Assembly: GCF_001194135.2 (NCBI RefSeq)
Contig: NC_069003.1
Span: 18,800,101-18,864,100, forward strand
From: Octopus bimaculoides
Lineage: Eukaryota
Length of the DNA: 64,000 nucleotides
Direction of reading: 5' to 3'
Below, piece by piece: positions 40,766-53,829 of this stretch. The notes under the pieces were generated by a model. The model made no database searches. It had not been told where the DNA came from and saw only the letters and a list, made by a program, of their open reading frames with translations. The first letter of the stretch is position 1. The number at the start of each line of letters is the position of its first letter. Both the position numbers and the translations under genes were made by a program.

Positions 40766-40882
40766 ATTATTCTTATACAAGGATGTTGTTGACAGTGACT
40801 TTGAAGTTTTGGCTAGCCAGCTAAGCCATTAAGTCATTGTCCAATGATGTCACTGTCAACAACATTCTTGTTTAAGAATAAT
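40766..40882. repeat. Short foldback (34-bp arms, 2 mismatches)
   Basis: attattcttatacaaggatgttgttgacagtgac pairs with gtcactgtcaacaacattcttgtttaagaataat. Confidence 0.85.
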
Positions 40883-40888
40883 TATGTA

Positions 40889-40926
<38 letters not shown>

Positions 40927-41208
40927 GTGAAGTATATTGCCACTTAAATGTGGCTGACCCCTAGGGGTGGATATTACTGTTGCTTTTAGCCCCAGGAGGA
41001 CATTTCCTCCAGCTGGCTTATCGACACACTTCTGTATCCTGTTTGTTTTGCCAAGGGAAGTTATCCCTCTCATCATAATCTGTAGCATGAACGGACCCGA
41101 GTTTCAGGGTTATTTCCCTTCGTCAGCGTCCGATAGCCACCGATCTGCGATGAATAATTTCACTGGAAAAAGATACATAAGGTTTGCCAAGAATTATCCT
41201 TCTCATCG
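40927..41208. mobile_element. Left part of a foldback-family element carrying a hammerhead, truncated by a gap
   Basis: ttttagccccaggaggacatt..ccagctggc motif as in 11042 and 22767; a 310-N gap follows. Confidence 0.7.
41089..41131 (-). ncRNA. Minimal type-I hammerhead ribozyme
   Basis: GGACG CUGACGA AGGG-AAAUAA-CCCU GAAA CUCGGGU C CGUUC: 5-bp stem I (one G-U), full core, 4-bp stem II, self-complementary ACUCGGGU stem III, GUC triplet. Confidence 0.85.
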
Positions 41209-42534
41209 NNNNNNNNNNNNNNNNNNNNNNNNNNNNNNNNNNNNNNNNNNNNNNNNNNNNNNNNNNNNNNNNNNNNNNNNNNNNNNNNNNNNNNNNNNNN
41301 NNNNNNNNNNNNNNNNNNNNNNNNNNNNNNNNNNNNNNNNNNNNNNNNNNNNNNNNNNNNNNNNNNNNNNNNNNNNNNNNNNNNNNNNNNNNNNNNNNNN
41401 NNNNNNNNNNNNNNNNNNNNNNNNNNNNNNNNNNNNNNNNNNNNNNNNNNNNNNNNNNNNNNNNNNNNNNNNNNNNNNNNNNNNNNNNNNNNNNNNNNNN
41501 NNNNNNNNNNNNNNNNNNATATATATATATATAATGTAATAGGCTGCTGTACTGTTTTTTATCTACCAAATTTTGCTCACAAGGTACTTTGATCATCTGG
41601 AGACTGTGGTAAAAGAGATACTTGTCTAAAGTTTCACACACTGTGGAATGAAATCAGACCCAGAACCAATTGTCGTGATTCTTGTTTGTTAACCACAGAG
41701 CCATACTTACTTCCTGTCTTGTATATTTTTCTCTACTCTCTAATGACAGTCACTTTTCATTGATTGGTGGCAGAAATTTATGTTTCTTTTGTAATACTCT
41801 TCTTATTCTTATATTATTCTGCTGGAAATTTTGCAAAGAACTCTGGCAGCAAGAATTCAGTCTATGTTGATTAGATATATAATTTTGCAGGGATAGTATA
41901 AAGTCATTGGTTGGTTTGTAAAGAAAAATGTCAGGAGAATATCATCTCCATGTTAATTTGTATCTATCTATATATAAACACTTGCACATGTTCCTGTGAG
42001 CATATGCAGTGACTATGCAAGCAGCACTGTATCAAAATACATTGTGGTGCTAATAAAGTCTGTCTACATGTGTGTGTGTTCTGTGTATTTTATGAGGATT
42101 CTATCTTGAAGTAAATAAGAAAACTGTTTTTTTTTTATTATTTTTCATTTCTTATAATCATGCACAAGAAAAAGAAGAAAAATATATTTTGTGAAGTCAT
42201 TGTTGTGTTGTCTGTGTGGTTTGATAAGTCTTCTGTAAAATTGCTATTGTGTGGTGTGTGACATTGTTAATGTACTGATATACAATAGTAATAGATACAA
42301 GTGCAGTAATTTGGGTGAAACCTTGCCAGGTGACTTTGGATTGAGAAAAGAAAATCATTGAATACTGAAGGTGAATGGTTTCAGATATGATGTACACACA
42401 CATATACATACATATAGACATACATACATGTCAACATACATATATACACGCGCACACACACACACACAGCATCTATATATACATTTATGTGTGTGCGCAT
42501 GCATGCACACATATACACACACGCGAGCACACAG

Positions 42535-42574
<40 letters not shown>

Positions 42575-42745
42575 CACACAGAGTTATGCCAAGTGGATGC
42601 TGCTGCATGCTGTAACTAGCAGTTACAGTTCTTGGTGGTGGAAGGGGTGGGATGGAGGAAAACCAGCTATTTTTGACAGTTTTCAACCCTTACTGACCAA
42701 CTGAAAATGTTACATGGAGCAGCAATGAAAAGGTTATCTGTTTAG

Positions 42746-42826
42746 GAATATGTCATTCTATATGTCACCGACTTCGCTTGGCTAAATGGAGGTGAGTTGC
42801 TAGGCTTATTAACAACGCAACAGAAA
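42746..42826 (+). CDS. Candidate internal coding exon, EYVILYVTDFAWLNGGELLGLLTTQQK; host gene unidentified
   Basis: ctgtttag acceptor, 81 nt open in phase 0, gtaagt donor at 42827; alternative gtgagt donor at 42792; unique sequence. Confidence 0.5.
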
Positions 42827-42885
42827 GTAAGTTAGTTGCATTACAATAACTTCCAATGTTCTCTGTATGTCTACAAAATATTAAA

Positions 42886-42939
<54 letters not shown>

Positions 42940-43184
42940 GCCAGCGAATCTTTGGTTTGCGTTTTTGAGAATTAAACTTAAACCACACTTAAGATTTTGG
43001 TGTGATTGAAAATTGTTATTAAATTCAAAGCTGTGTGGTTTAGAAATTTGCTGTTCAACCATTGGTTAGGTCTCGGGTTCAGTTCCACTGCATGTCAGTA
43101 CCTTAGGCAACTCTCTTGTCCTATAACCCCAAACCAAAGCCATGTGAGTGCATTTGGTGGAAAGAAGCCCCTTATGATGATAAT

Positions 43185-44430
43185 ATATCATCATCATCAT
43201 CACCATCATTTAATGTCCATTGTCCATGCTGGCATGGGTTAGATGGTTTGACCAGGGGTGGTAAGCTGGAAGGCTGCACCAGACTCCGGTCTGATTTGGC
43301 ATGGTTTTCTACAGCTAGATGCCCTTCCTAACACCAACCACTCTGAGAGTGTAATGGATGCTTTTATGTGCCACCAGCACGGGTACCATTTGTGTGACAC
43401 CGATATCTGCCATGACTGCAATTTTTCTCAGCTTGATGGGTCTTCTTAATGCCAAATGTCTTGGTCATTGCCTCTGTGAGGCTCAACTCTTGAAAGGAAC
43501 TCAACCACTTTGCCTCTGTGAGGCCCAATGCTCAAATGGTGCTCTTTGTATGCCACCGGCATGGGTGCCAGTTATTTGGCACCAATATCAGCCATGACTA
43601 CGATTTCACTTGGTCGCTAGTCATTGCCTCTGTGAGGCTCAAAGTTCAAAGATCATGCTTCACCACTTCATCCCATGTCTTCCTAAGTCTACCTCTACCA
43701 CAGTTAGAGATAGTCACTTCTTTACACAGCTGTCCTTGTCCATATGCATCACATGACCATACTAGTGCATTTGTCTCTCTTGCGCACCATATCTGATGCC
43801 TCTTATGCCTAACTTTTCTCTCAAGATGCTTACACTGTGTCAAACATGTACACCGACATTGCACATTTCTTTCAAGCCAACACATGTCGTCAGCAGTTAC
43901 AGCTCATGTTCCCTGCCATGTAGCATGGCTGTTTGCACACAAGCATCATACAATCTGCCTTTCACTTTGAGAGACAGGCTCTTTGTTGCCAGCAGAAATA
44001 GGAGCTCTCTGAACTTTGCCCAGCCTAATCTTATTCTCACAGCTATGCTCTCGGAACATCGAATTCCACTACTAATTTGGTCACCTAGATAACGGAAACT
44101 ATCTACTACCCCTAGCTTACCCCCTTGGCAGTCGATGGAGTCTATTTTCTGCACATTTTCAGCGTCTATTGTACCTGTGCATCTTCCACATACAAAAGCT
44201 AGTTTCCCTGTCAACCTTCCTCTGATATTGCTACATCTTTTATGTATCCAAAGCTTACACTGAGTGCATCTTATGGAGTTTCTACCTATGCCTTTTCTAC
44301 AGATTGGACAGGGCCATCTACCTGAAAAGATTTGTGATTTGTCTACCTTCCTACTTACTAAGACTGGTTTTTGCTAGGTTAACTCTAAGGCCCTTTGATT
44401 CTAGACCTTGCTTCCATACTTGGAACTTCT
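43185..44430 (-). mobile_element. 5'-truncated RTE LINE: RT C-terminus, PHD-like finger, 3' UTR and (GAT)n tail
   Basis: VVDSFRYLGDQISS, RIRLGWAKFRELL, GRLYDACVQTAMLHG and GRGRLRKTWDEVVKHDL. Confidence 0.92.
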
Positions 44431-44437
44431 TCTATAG

Positions 44438-44468
<31 letters not shown>

Positions 44469-45339
44469 AGTAAGCACATAAATGCAAAACAAGGTAGAAA
44501 AAATACTCAGTTTCATATTACTGCTCATTGGCCAGTTGTGGTCACAGTTTGTGGTGTGTGTGTGTGTACACATATGTACTCCTGTCTTGATATCATGTGA
44601 TGTAAATGAGCATCAGTTTCATACAAGCAATGTTTGTTTCCAATCTTCTGTGAAATGAATTTCTGACCATGTGGATATATGACCATGCTTGGAAACAGGT
44701 GAAGGGTGGTAACAAGAAAGGTATTTGACTGTAGAAAATTTGTCTCAATGAATTCTCTCTGACCCTTACAAGCATAGAAAAGACTTAAAGGAAAAAAAAG
44801 GGAGTAAGATTTTTTTTCTTCAGATCAAAGCCCCAGTTCAGATGCTTGCAACGTCAATAACTGTTGTTTCATTCCAACATCCAAAACAGACATAAAAATT
44901 TCACACATTTTTACATTTGATGATAGGTTTGTGTTTGATATTAATTTCAATTGAAGACCTAAGAACCAGTCAGTGTGTAGCTTATGAGGAAAGGTGGTAT
45001 ATAGGCATTGATAAAGATATTTCAGCCTAAAATCAAGATGTTCATGTGAAGATTACAAGTCCTGCAGGCCTATTACAATCCTTCAAATGGACAAATCATG
45101 ATGATTATTGTTGAATTCCTATGTGTCATGTATTTTACCCAACCAAATGTCCAACCCCACTACAACAGGTCAAACTTGTATAGTGTGGAAACCATGTTTA
45201 GAATTTCAGAATTGTTTCATAAAGTTATTTGAGAAGTATATTTAATTGTAGACACTCATGGTTCATTCATATTCATAGCAAGTACGTTTGTCAATTTTTT
45301 ACAACACTAATTTCCTTTCCTACTTTAAATTTTTGAGAA

Positions 45340-45533
45340 GCACAGGAGTGGCTGTGTGGTAAGTAGATTGCTTACCAACCACATGGTTCCGGGTTCAGTC
45401 CCACTGCGTGGCACCTTGGGCAAGTGTCTTCTACTATAGCCTCGGGCCGACCAAAGCCTTGTGAGTGGATTTGGTAGACGGAAACTGAAAGAAGCCCGTC
45501 GTATATATATATGTATGTATGTGTGTTTGTGTG
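45340..45533 (+). mobile_element. Young SINE family A copy, running into a gap
   Basis: Intact CpGs and B-box-like gggttcagtcc; the least eroded copy in the window. Confidence 0.9.
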
Positions 45534-46162
45534 NNNNNNNNNNNNNNNNNNNNNNNNNNNNNNNNNNNNNNNNNNNNNNNNNNNNNNNNNNNNNNNNNNN
45601 NNNNNNNNNNNNNNNNNNNNNNNNNNNNNNNNNNNNNNNNNNNNNNNNNNNNNNNNNNNNNNNNNNNNNNNNNNNNNNNNNNNNNNNNNNNNNNNNNNNN
45701 NNNNNNNNNNNNNNNNNNNNNNNNNNNNNNNNNNNNNNNNNNNNNNNNNNNNNNNNNNNNNNNNNNNNNNNNNNNNNNNNNNNNNNNNNNNNNNNNNNNN
45801 NNNNNNNNNNNNNNNNNNNNNNNNNNNNNNNNNNNNNNNNNNNNNNNNNNNNNNNNNNNNNNNNNNNNNNNNNNNNNNNNNNNNNNNNNNNNNNNNNNNN
45901 NNNNNNNNNATTTTCAAAGGATCCTACTTTGGGTTTTTACTCATGCATAAAAAAACTGCTGTGTATTTGATTTTCCATGAAATTTTATCCCCTGGATTTT
46001 AGAATCACTTTATTGCTTATTTTAGCACAAATGACATAATGTTAGGAATTGAAATGATTTTTATCTAAAAATCCATGTTCTGTTTATATTGTTTCAAAAA
46101 AAAGTTGTTTTTTTTTAAAAAAAAAATGATCTCACATTAGATTGCTGGGGGTCAGACGTGGA

Positions 46163-46753
46163 TTAGAGCTGTAATATCTAATATCTCAAGATTGGAAAAT
46201 GTTCAATCTTTGAAACTTTGTACATGCAACCTACTCCATTCAATGATTAAAACTTTCAGTGTGTGAATTTTGGTACTGTAATAAACATTTGAAGGCACAT
46301 GGCCTAGTGTGTCCAGTTCCCTGACTGGGCGGCACATTGTGTTCTTGAGCAAAACACTTCATTTCACATTCCTCCAGTTTCCCTTTTCATCAGCAGGGAA
46401 TGTTGGCCAGCTCACCTAGCCAGTGGAGTTGCATCATTTGAAGGCTAAATTGATGCAAAAGTGCATTGTGACCAGCGATGTGTAACAACATCTGATAGTC
46501 TAATCAATCACGTGATCACATGAATAGACATTTGTGCCTATTTTCAGAATGTAATTGGCCTAATTACCTATAACTGTTGTAATGATACAGGGTGCCAAAA
46601 TCTCTAAAAATCTTGCATTTTGGTATTTTTTTCAACATCTATAAGTATTTTATTATTATTTATTTGTAATTTACTCCTGGAGTAGGTTGCATGTACAAAG
46701 TTTCAAAGATTGAACATTTTCCAATCTTGAGATATTAGATATTACAGCTCTAA
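46163..46753. repeat. Perfect 76-bp inverted repeats enclosing an eroded SINE
   Basis: 46163-46238 is the exact reverse complement of 46678-46753. Confidence 0.92.
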
Positions 46754-48419
46754 ATTTAGCCAAATTCTCAAATTCAGCTCAGCCTCCTATTTTGAATTGC
46801 CCATAAAATCAGAACCATACATTGGAGTTGAAATTTTCAGGATTAACTTGGTCCAAGGACTACATGACTCAGAAAAAATTTCAAGCAATTTGAAAGAGAC
46901 TATCTTTTAAGTTTGCTTCCAAATGAATAGGACTGCCCTCAGAGCCCTTTGGATATTTTTTTGAGTCCACTCTGTTGTAAGTATTTGGAACTTGGTCTCA
47001 GGTCTGAAAATAGCTTCCTTTCCTTTTTTCTGCCTACCAGTCACTGAAGCCCCTGGAAAGGCTCAGTGATGTTATATCCTTCCCTTTTACTAAGATATAA
47101 AACAACAGAAAACCATACACACACACTTTCTCTCTCTCCCCCTTTCTTTCTCCCTCTCCCCTCCCCCTCTCTCATTTGAGCTATACTACTAAATGTTAGC
47201 AATATCTGGCTTCAGCGAAGCTGCTATGATATTTAATGATAATAACAGCTATGCAAATAATAACATTGCTTCTTATTAAACCAATGACAATGATAATGTG
47301 GTGGTGGTGGTGGTTATAATAAAATTTATTTATATTTTTAATTTTCTACAATATACTTATCTACTATATTATTGTCTGTCAATTTCTCTGCTGTTAACCT
47401 CTTTCTCTACCAAATAATCTGAATGAGAAGAAGCGGGTAATGTGTTATAAACATTGTTATGACATCTGTGTTAGATTAGTTTTTAAACAAAAGGGCTCTC
47501 TGTTGGGTTTCCCTTCTCACAATATTCTCTCTCTTCACACAACTGTGTTTAGAAACAATATTTTGAAAAACAAGCAAAAATATAAAAAAATCTTAAATGT
47601 CTTCGTTAAACAGGTTAATGACACTAAATCTGTACATATCCCCCCCCCCTCACACACACACACACACACACACTCTTTCTCTCTCTCTCTCTCTCTNNNN
47701 NNNNNNNNNNNNNNNNNNNNNNNNNNNNNNNNNNNNNNNNNNNNNNNNNNNNNNNNNNNNNNNNNNNNNNNNNNNNNNNNNNNNNNNNNNNNNNNNNNNN
47801 NNNNNNNNNNNNNNNNNNNNNNNNNNNNNNNNNNNNNNNNNGTGTGTGGGAGTTGTGGGTATATAAAATAAAATAAAGAATATATCTGATGTTAGATTTC
47901 TATGCCATAATATTGGACACTTCCGATTACAAATATCAGCAGGCACATTCGTCCATTTTGTTATACTTTTCTTTCTTTCTATTTTGTTTTATATTTTAAA
48001 TTGTTTTTCCTTTTAAAATATGTTTAGAAGCACAGGCATGGCTGTGTGATTAAGAATTTTGCTTTGCAACCACATGGTTTTGGGTTCAATTCCTCTATGT
48101 GGCATCTTGGGCTAGTGTTTTGTTCTGGATCAACCAATGGTTTGTGAGTGAATTTGGTCAACAGAAACTGTTGGAATCCTATTGCATTTTGTGCATGCAT
48201 GTTCATGTCGATATTTTGTTTGCCACCATTTGAGAGTGAAGCAATTCTGATGTTGATATTACAACCTGTTGCTCTGCACTTTTAGAAACCTGTGCACTAA
48301 AAAAAAAAATCCCTTGAAAAGCATATGAGGGTTAATAACAGGAAGAATATCCTGTTGTGAAATCTGCTTCATTTCAGTTTACATCTCATGCCATGAGAAC
48401 AAGGAAAAGCAGACATTAA

Positions 48420-48612
48420 CCCTTTAGCATTCAGATTATTCCATCAAATGTAATGCATATTTATTCCTTGTAGCTGTGAGATTTCAAAGATTTAATTGTT
48501 TATTTTTTGAATGACATTATGGGCTAGGTGTGAGAGGCCAAATCTGGCCCAGTTTGAACATAAAGTGAATGGAATATTTGAGCCAGATATGGTCAGTTTA
48601 AATGTTAAAGGA
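48420..48612. mobile_element. piggyBac-like MITE P1
   Basis: TTAA at 48416-48419 and 48613-48616. Confidence 0.8.
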
Positions 48613-49212
48613 TTAAAACAAATGGCAAATAAATAATTTCTGCATTTTGTGAACAATTTGATGGTGAGAGTGACAAGGAAGTGTCTGTGCCCCCAGGCAG
48701 ATATAAAGTGCTCTACACAGTTTTTTTGTTTGTTGGCTCCAGTTTATGGAGGAGGGTTCTCCCTGGTGTTTTACAATTTTTATCAATAAACATCAGAAAA
48801 AGTTATATATGTACTTACATAGACATAAGTGCTTACATACACATACTCTCATACGCACATACATTTGAAAAGTTAGTTACAAACTAGAAGTTATTTTGAA
48901 AGGGCTTAAGATGATATTATATGTTGAGAATGATACTATCTATTTGACAAAAAGATTATTGACAAGCAATCAAATGTTTTGATCAGATAAGCTTTTGAAA
49001 TGTTTTTTATTTTAAAAACTCTTAGTGAAAAATTTAACCATATGTAATGCATCAGTCAAGAAATTTATATATATATAAATATATTCATCTACCTCATGCT
49101 AGCATGGACAAATGGATGTAAAAATGAAAAAAGAGTAATAATAATACTTGTATATGTTGATGCTGTTTCATTTCTATTTAACATCCATTTTTCATTGCTG
49201 GTAAGGGTGTGA

Positions 49213-49996
49213 TAAATTCCTTTCACATCAATGAAATAAATCAGCATTGTCTTGACATTGGCCTTCACTTGACGTACTTTTTTGGGGGTGTGGTGATATT
49301 GAATGCCTCCATTGATTCAATTGCTGTTTCGTTTGTAGGTCGTAGCCGTAGCACCAGCTTTTGTCACTAGTGATGACCCTTTGGAAAAAGGTTCTGATCA
49401 ACTTCCAACTGTTCTTTCAGTTCATGACACACATTCAGCTGTGACTGCTTCTTCCATGAGCAAGTGAGACACAAATTTTGCTGCCACTCTTTTCATTCTC
49501 AATTCATCGCTCAGAATTCATTGGAAGGAGCTTCAGGATACATCAGTCATATCAACAAGATCGTCGATTGTTCGTTGATGATCCTCCAAAATCAGCTCAT
49601 GGATTTTCGTGATGTTTTTTTCATTCATTCAGGAGCTTGATAGTCACCCTGAACAAGGTTGATTTTCAAGCGACAAGTGACCATTCCTAAAACATGGAAG
49701 CCACTTGTAAACTTGTGTTTTGCTCATGGCAGCATCCTTGTATTTCAGGCATGACAGCTGTTTCGGCCAACGTTTTCCCCAGCAGAAAACAGAATTTCAT
49801 GGAAGCATGCTGTTCCTTCATTTAAGCCATTGCAAAAATCGATGAATAGGAGAGAAGCACTGCAAAACAAAGACACACCACATGGCAGTATGACTTCACT
49901 TGACAGACTGATGCCTGAGGGCCACATCAAGTGGAGGCCGAACCACAACGGGCTTGTCCTAAAAGAACATTTCCAGTTACCTTTGGATACTCGTTA
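49213..49996 (-). mobile_element. 5' half of a mariner of the same family as 5665-6982
   Basis: Colinear homology with about 6170-6982. Confidence 0.85.
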
Positions 49997-51599
49997 TATA
50001 TATATATATATATATATGCACACACACACACACACACACCCACACACACACACACACATATATATATACACGTGTTGTGAACTTCTGTACAGTTTCCATC
50101 TTCCAAATCCCTCTCAGAAGGTATTGATCAACCTAATGTTATGGTTGAAGATGCATATATACTCAGTGTTTGTGCAGTGTGATTGAACTGTGGAACCACT
50201 TCCTTGCTAAAGGAACTTCTTAAGATCACAGTGATGCATGCGTCCACCCTCTCCAATACCAAAACATTCTGCTCTGCCCTATCACTCCCACACCCATTAG
50301 AATTGCTGCATTTTGGGCACGGTTGGGAGTCAGATATTTCTTGGGCAAAAGTATCTCAAAAACTTGTCAACTAAGTTGTGTACAGAAGTTGTTGCAAAGA
50401 GGTGGACAAATAATTTTTATTTGCTCTTATCTCTCTCTCTCCACTCTGGTCACCTCTTACTTACACTTGTTGCTCTGGCTGATGTTAGATAACTCATATT
50501 CTGTTTATTTCTATTTATTTTCTGAAATACCAACATGTTTCTTGGCATCAGTCATTTCATTCCTCCAGCTATCCCACTCCAAATACCAGCATGTTTTTCT
50601 CTCTGTCTCTGCTCTATTCCTGCCTGCTCCTCCCTTGAAGCTTTCAATTCTTTTTTTTTTTTTTTATATGTGCTATAAAAATATTTGAATTTAAAGTTTA
50701 AAAGCAAAAAAAAAAAAAAGAGACTGAAAAAATATCTACAGGGAGAAAATATTCTTCTCTACTCCAAAGTGAAGAGTCTTTGCTTCTAATCCAGCCTTTT
50801 ACAACTGAGATCTAAGGTTAATCATGTAAGATTGATTGAAGGAGAGAGAGAGAGTGGGGGTGGAGATGTAACAATGTTTGAGAGTTGCTAGTCATCCATT
50901 TAACAAGCTCAGATATCAGTTAGGAGGAAATAGTCTGTTAATTGTGGTACATGCGTAGGCAGGCAGGCAGGTAGCAGCCATTCCAGTCAAATACTTACTC
51001 ATGAGCACACCAAGAGAGCATCCACAGGGTTCTCAACCTGCTAGAAATACTAAGCAAATCTCCCTTAAATCACACTCTACTCCTTTGAAAAAAACGAATG
51101 ATCCAAGGGTAACCAAAAATATGCAAAGACCTCAGTATGAGCCATAAGGCTGGAATAACTTTGATCATAAGACTGCTTATTCAGAAATGATCTAGTATTA
51201 AACAATGGCAACAATGACTATCACTGATTCAATAGATGAGCCTCCATGCAGTGACTTGATCTGCTAGAAATAGCAACCAAATCTCCATTATATTCTGCTA
51301 TCTTCAAAAAATGGAAGGACACATTGGATAATAATATGGTTCTAAAGAACACTGTCTTAAATGATGGAATGATCATAGACAGACTGCTTTTAGATCATAA
51401 GCATGTTGGATTAAGGTTGATCTGGGGCTATACAATAACAGTAAACGCATCACACCAGACATTATTTTTCCCATGTATTCAACTAAGTACACCCTAAATC
51501 TAAGAAAAACTGCATCATATCACTGAATTTTCTTGAGCAACTCCTAAATATTGGTGGATGCTCTCAGCTGTAGCTTGGATGTTGGACATTGTCAACTGC

Positions 51600-52045
51600 T
51601 GCTCTGTTAGTTGACACCGTTGACTGCAGTTGTAACAATGGACACCATTAACAGGTGGTGGAAGTCTACAATTGTGGCTCTGATGGGGAAGCTTTGCTAG
51701 TATATATCATCAAAAGAAACTTTGTTAATTGATACCATCAAATGAGACTCTGCTAGTGGATACCATCAAAAGAAGGTTTTCTAAGGGACACTTGTCAACT
51801 GCTCATGGATATCTTCTGTTAATTGTATGTGTGTCAATAAATGTTTCCTGTGAACTGCAAATTAGACCAATAGCTGCCTTCTGTCAAATGTAGCTCTGCC
51901 AGTGGATGCTCGCCACTAAATGCAGGTTTGCCGATAAAGGCTTACCTCTAGCTGCTGATCTGCTAGTGGAGACTATAAATTGAGGCTTTTTAAATAAAAG
52001 CAGTCAACTAAGACTCTGGTGGTGGATGCTATCAATTTCATTCTG
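51600..52045. repeat. Degenerate minisatellite with a unit of about 28 bp
   Basis: Consecutive units at 51691, 51719 and 51747, consensus about rctctgctagtggataccatcaaaagaa. Confidence 0.7.
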
Positions 52046-52101
52046 GTGCAGTAGATGATAAATGTTATTAGTCAATGGTCATCTTCCTCTTTTCTTTTGA
52101 A

Positions 52102-52272
52102 CCCTTTAGCATTTAAATTGGTAATATCCAGCCCAAATATTCTCACTGTTTTATGTTTAGACCAGCCAGATCTGGCCTCTCACATCTAATCTACAATGTC
52201 ATTCTAAAAATATACAACCAGACGCAGGGGTGGTTGTGTGGTAAGTAGCTTGCTTACCAACCACATGGTTCC
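52102..52272 (+). mobile_element. Half of a P1 MITE followed by a young SINE A head (52221-52272) running into a gap
   Basis: P1 sequence stops at about 52220 where gacgcaggggtggttgtgtggtaag begins. Confidence 0.75.
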
Positions 52273-53829
52273 NNNNNNNNNNNNNNNNNNNNNNNNNNNN
52301 NNNNNNNNNNNNNNNNNNNNNNNNNNNNNNNNNNNNNNNNNNNNNNNNNNNNNNNNNNNNNNNNNNNNNNNNAATATGGTGTGATTTGAAGGATATTTAG
52401 CTGTTACTTCCAGCAGTTCAAGCAACTGCTCGGAGGAGACCTCATTGGTTTAGTTAGAGAGAGAAAGGTGGAGAGACAGACAGACAGACTTGTGTTAGAA
52501 AAAACTAGAAATACTACTAAGTATAGTGTGGATAATTAACCAAGTTCTGAAAATAGTTGCTAAATGAAGCAGTGTGATTTTAATGTAGAGCTTTCTTCTG
52601 GTCCAGAATGTATTGGCTGCTATTTCTGGAAGGTCAAAACTCTTGTTGGCTTTGTTGCTGGCCTGCTTGTTGCTGCTACTCCTTTTGTTGTTAGTCCCAA
52701 GGTGGCCCAGATTCAGCAAATTTATGATAAAAAAGGCATTTCAGCTATGACCAACCTGTCTTTTTTCTTCTCTCGAGAATCATGTATCTAATGCTGTTAT
52801 TTAGTATAGCATTCTCATCTTTTTTTTAACCCTTTCTGTCAAAATACATCCTTTGTCTTGCATGCTAGTTCTAGCTTTTATATACTCATTACTCTAAATT
52901 TCCTCAACATTTTTTTATTGAATGCCCTTTTGTGAAATATAACTTGGAGGCAAACTCCATAGGAATTTGTGTTACACTCCAGGAATATACACAAAGGCAT
53001 TTCAATTAATCTCAAAAATATTGAAGAATTTAATAAAATAATTTCATCATTATTAAGCTGGTGTTTGGAACATCAATTAACATGCAGTTTTAATGGTAAA
53101 TTTTAGTTTAGATCACTATAAAACAGAAAGTTTATATCATTAAACCCGAAGTGGTCTTGGGCAGGTTGGTATAAAAAGTGTTGTGAGTTTAGGAAAATTT
53201 GGTTGTTGTTTCTAGCAGATTGAATCATCAGGTAGATGCATCATGCAGTGTTTCAGTTTCGCTGGTTACTTGCCTCTTCACCTCCATAGTGAGTTCCCAC
53301 TTTCTTTTGGAAAGTGATGGTTAGTTAAGTTTTGACAGAAGGTAATATTTGGAGTAAACCTGGACAGGAGTCTCTGTGCTTCCCTAACATAAAGAAAAAT
53401 CAATTTTTTAAAAACCTTTGATGGCTTTAGCTTGTTCCATAAGAATTCTTGTACTTTGAGAAAGTAAAGTGGCAGAGAAAAAAAATAGATAAAAAATAAA
53501 GACTAGCTGTGAGATGGCATAGATTTATCTTGACCACCTTAAGTTCTTTAGTCTGATTTTGTGTTCCACCAAAGTTTAATTCTTTAAGAACACACACCAG
53601 GCAATGTTGCTAAGGATTTGGTGAGAAATACTATACATAGATAGATACATACATACATGCATGCATGTATGTTGTTGAAAATGCACTTAAGTTTCAAAAG
53701 CTCATAAATGTTTAAAATACATTTATTTACATATATACCATATATAGGAAGATTGTTACTAAAAATTTTGTTGGTTTTTTTTTTTTCCGTTGAAATTGAG
53801 TCTTTTTTCTTTTCTTTATAATGCTTTTT

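Noticed and set aside
45068-45168. Kinase-like AYYNPSNGQIMMIIVEFLC frame
   Set aside because: Weak splice signals and an in-frame stop just upstream.
51691-51774. Regular 28-bp units as a CRISPR-like array
   Set aside because: No unique spacers, eukaryotic context and no cas genes.
53680-53722. Minus-strand tatgagcttttgaaacttaagtg after the PLE ORF
   Set aside because: The core is broken, the cleavage position is G and there is no stem I.
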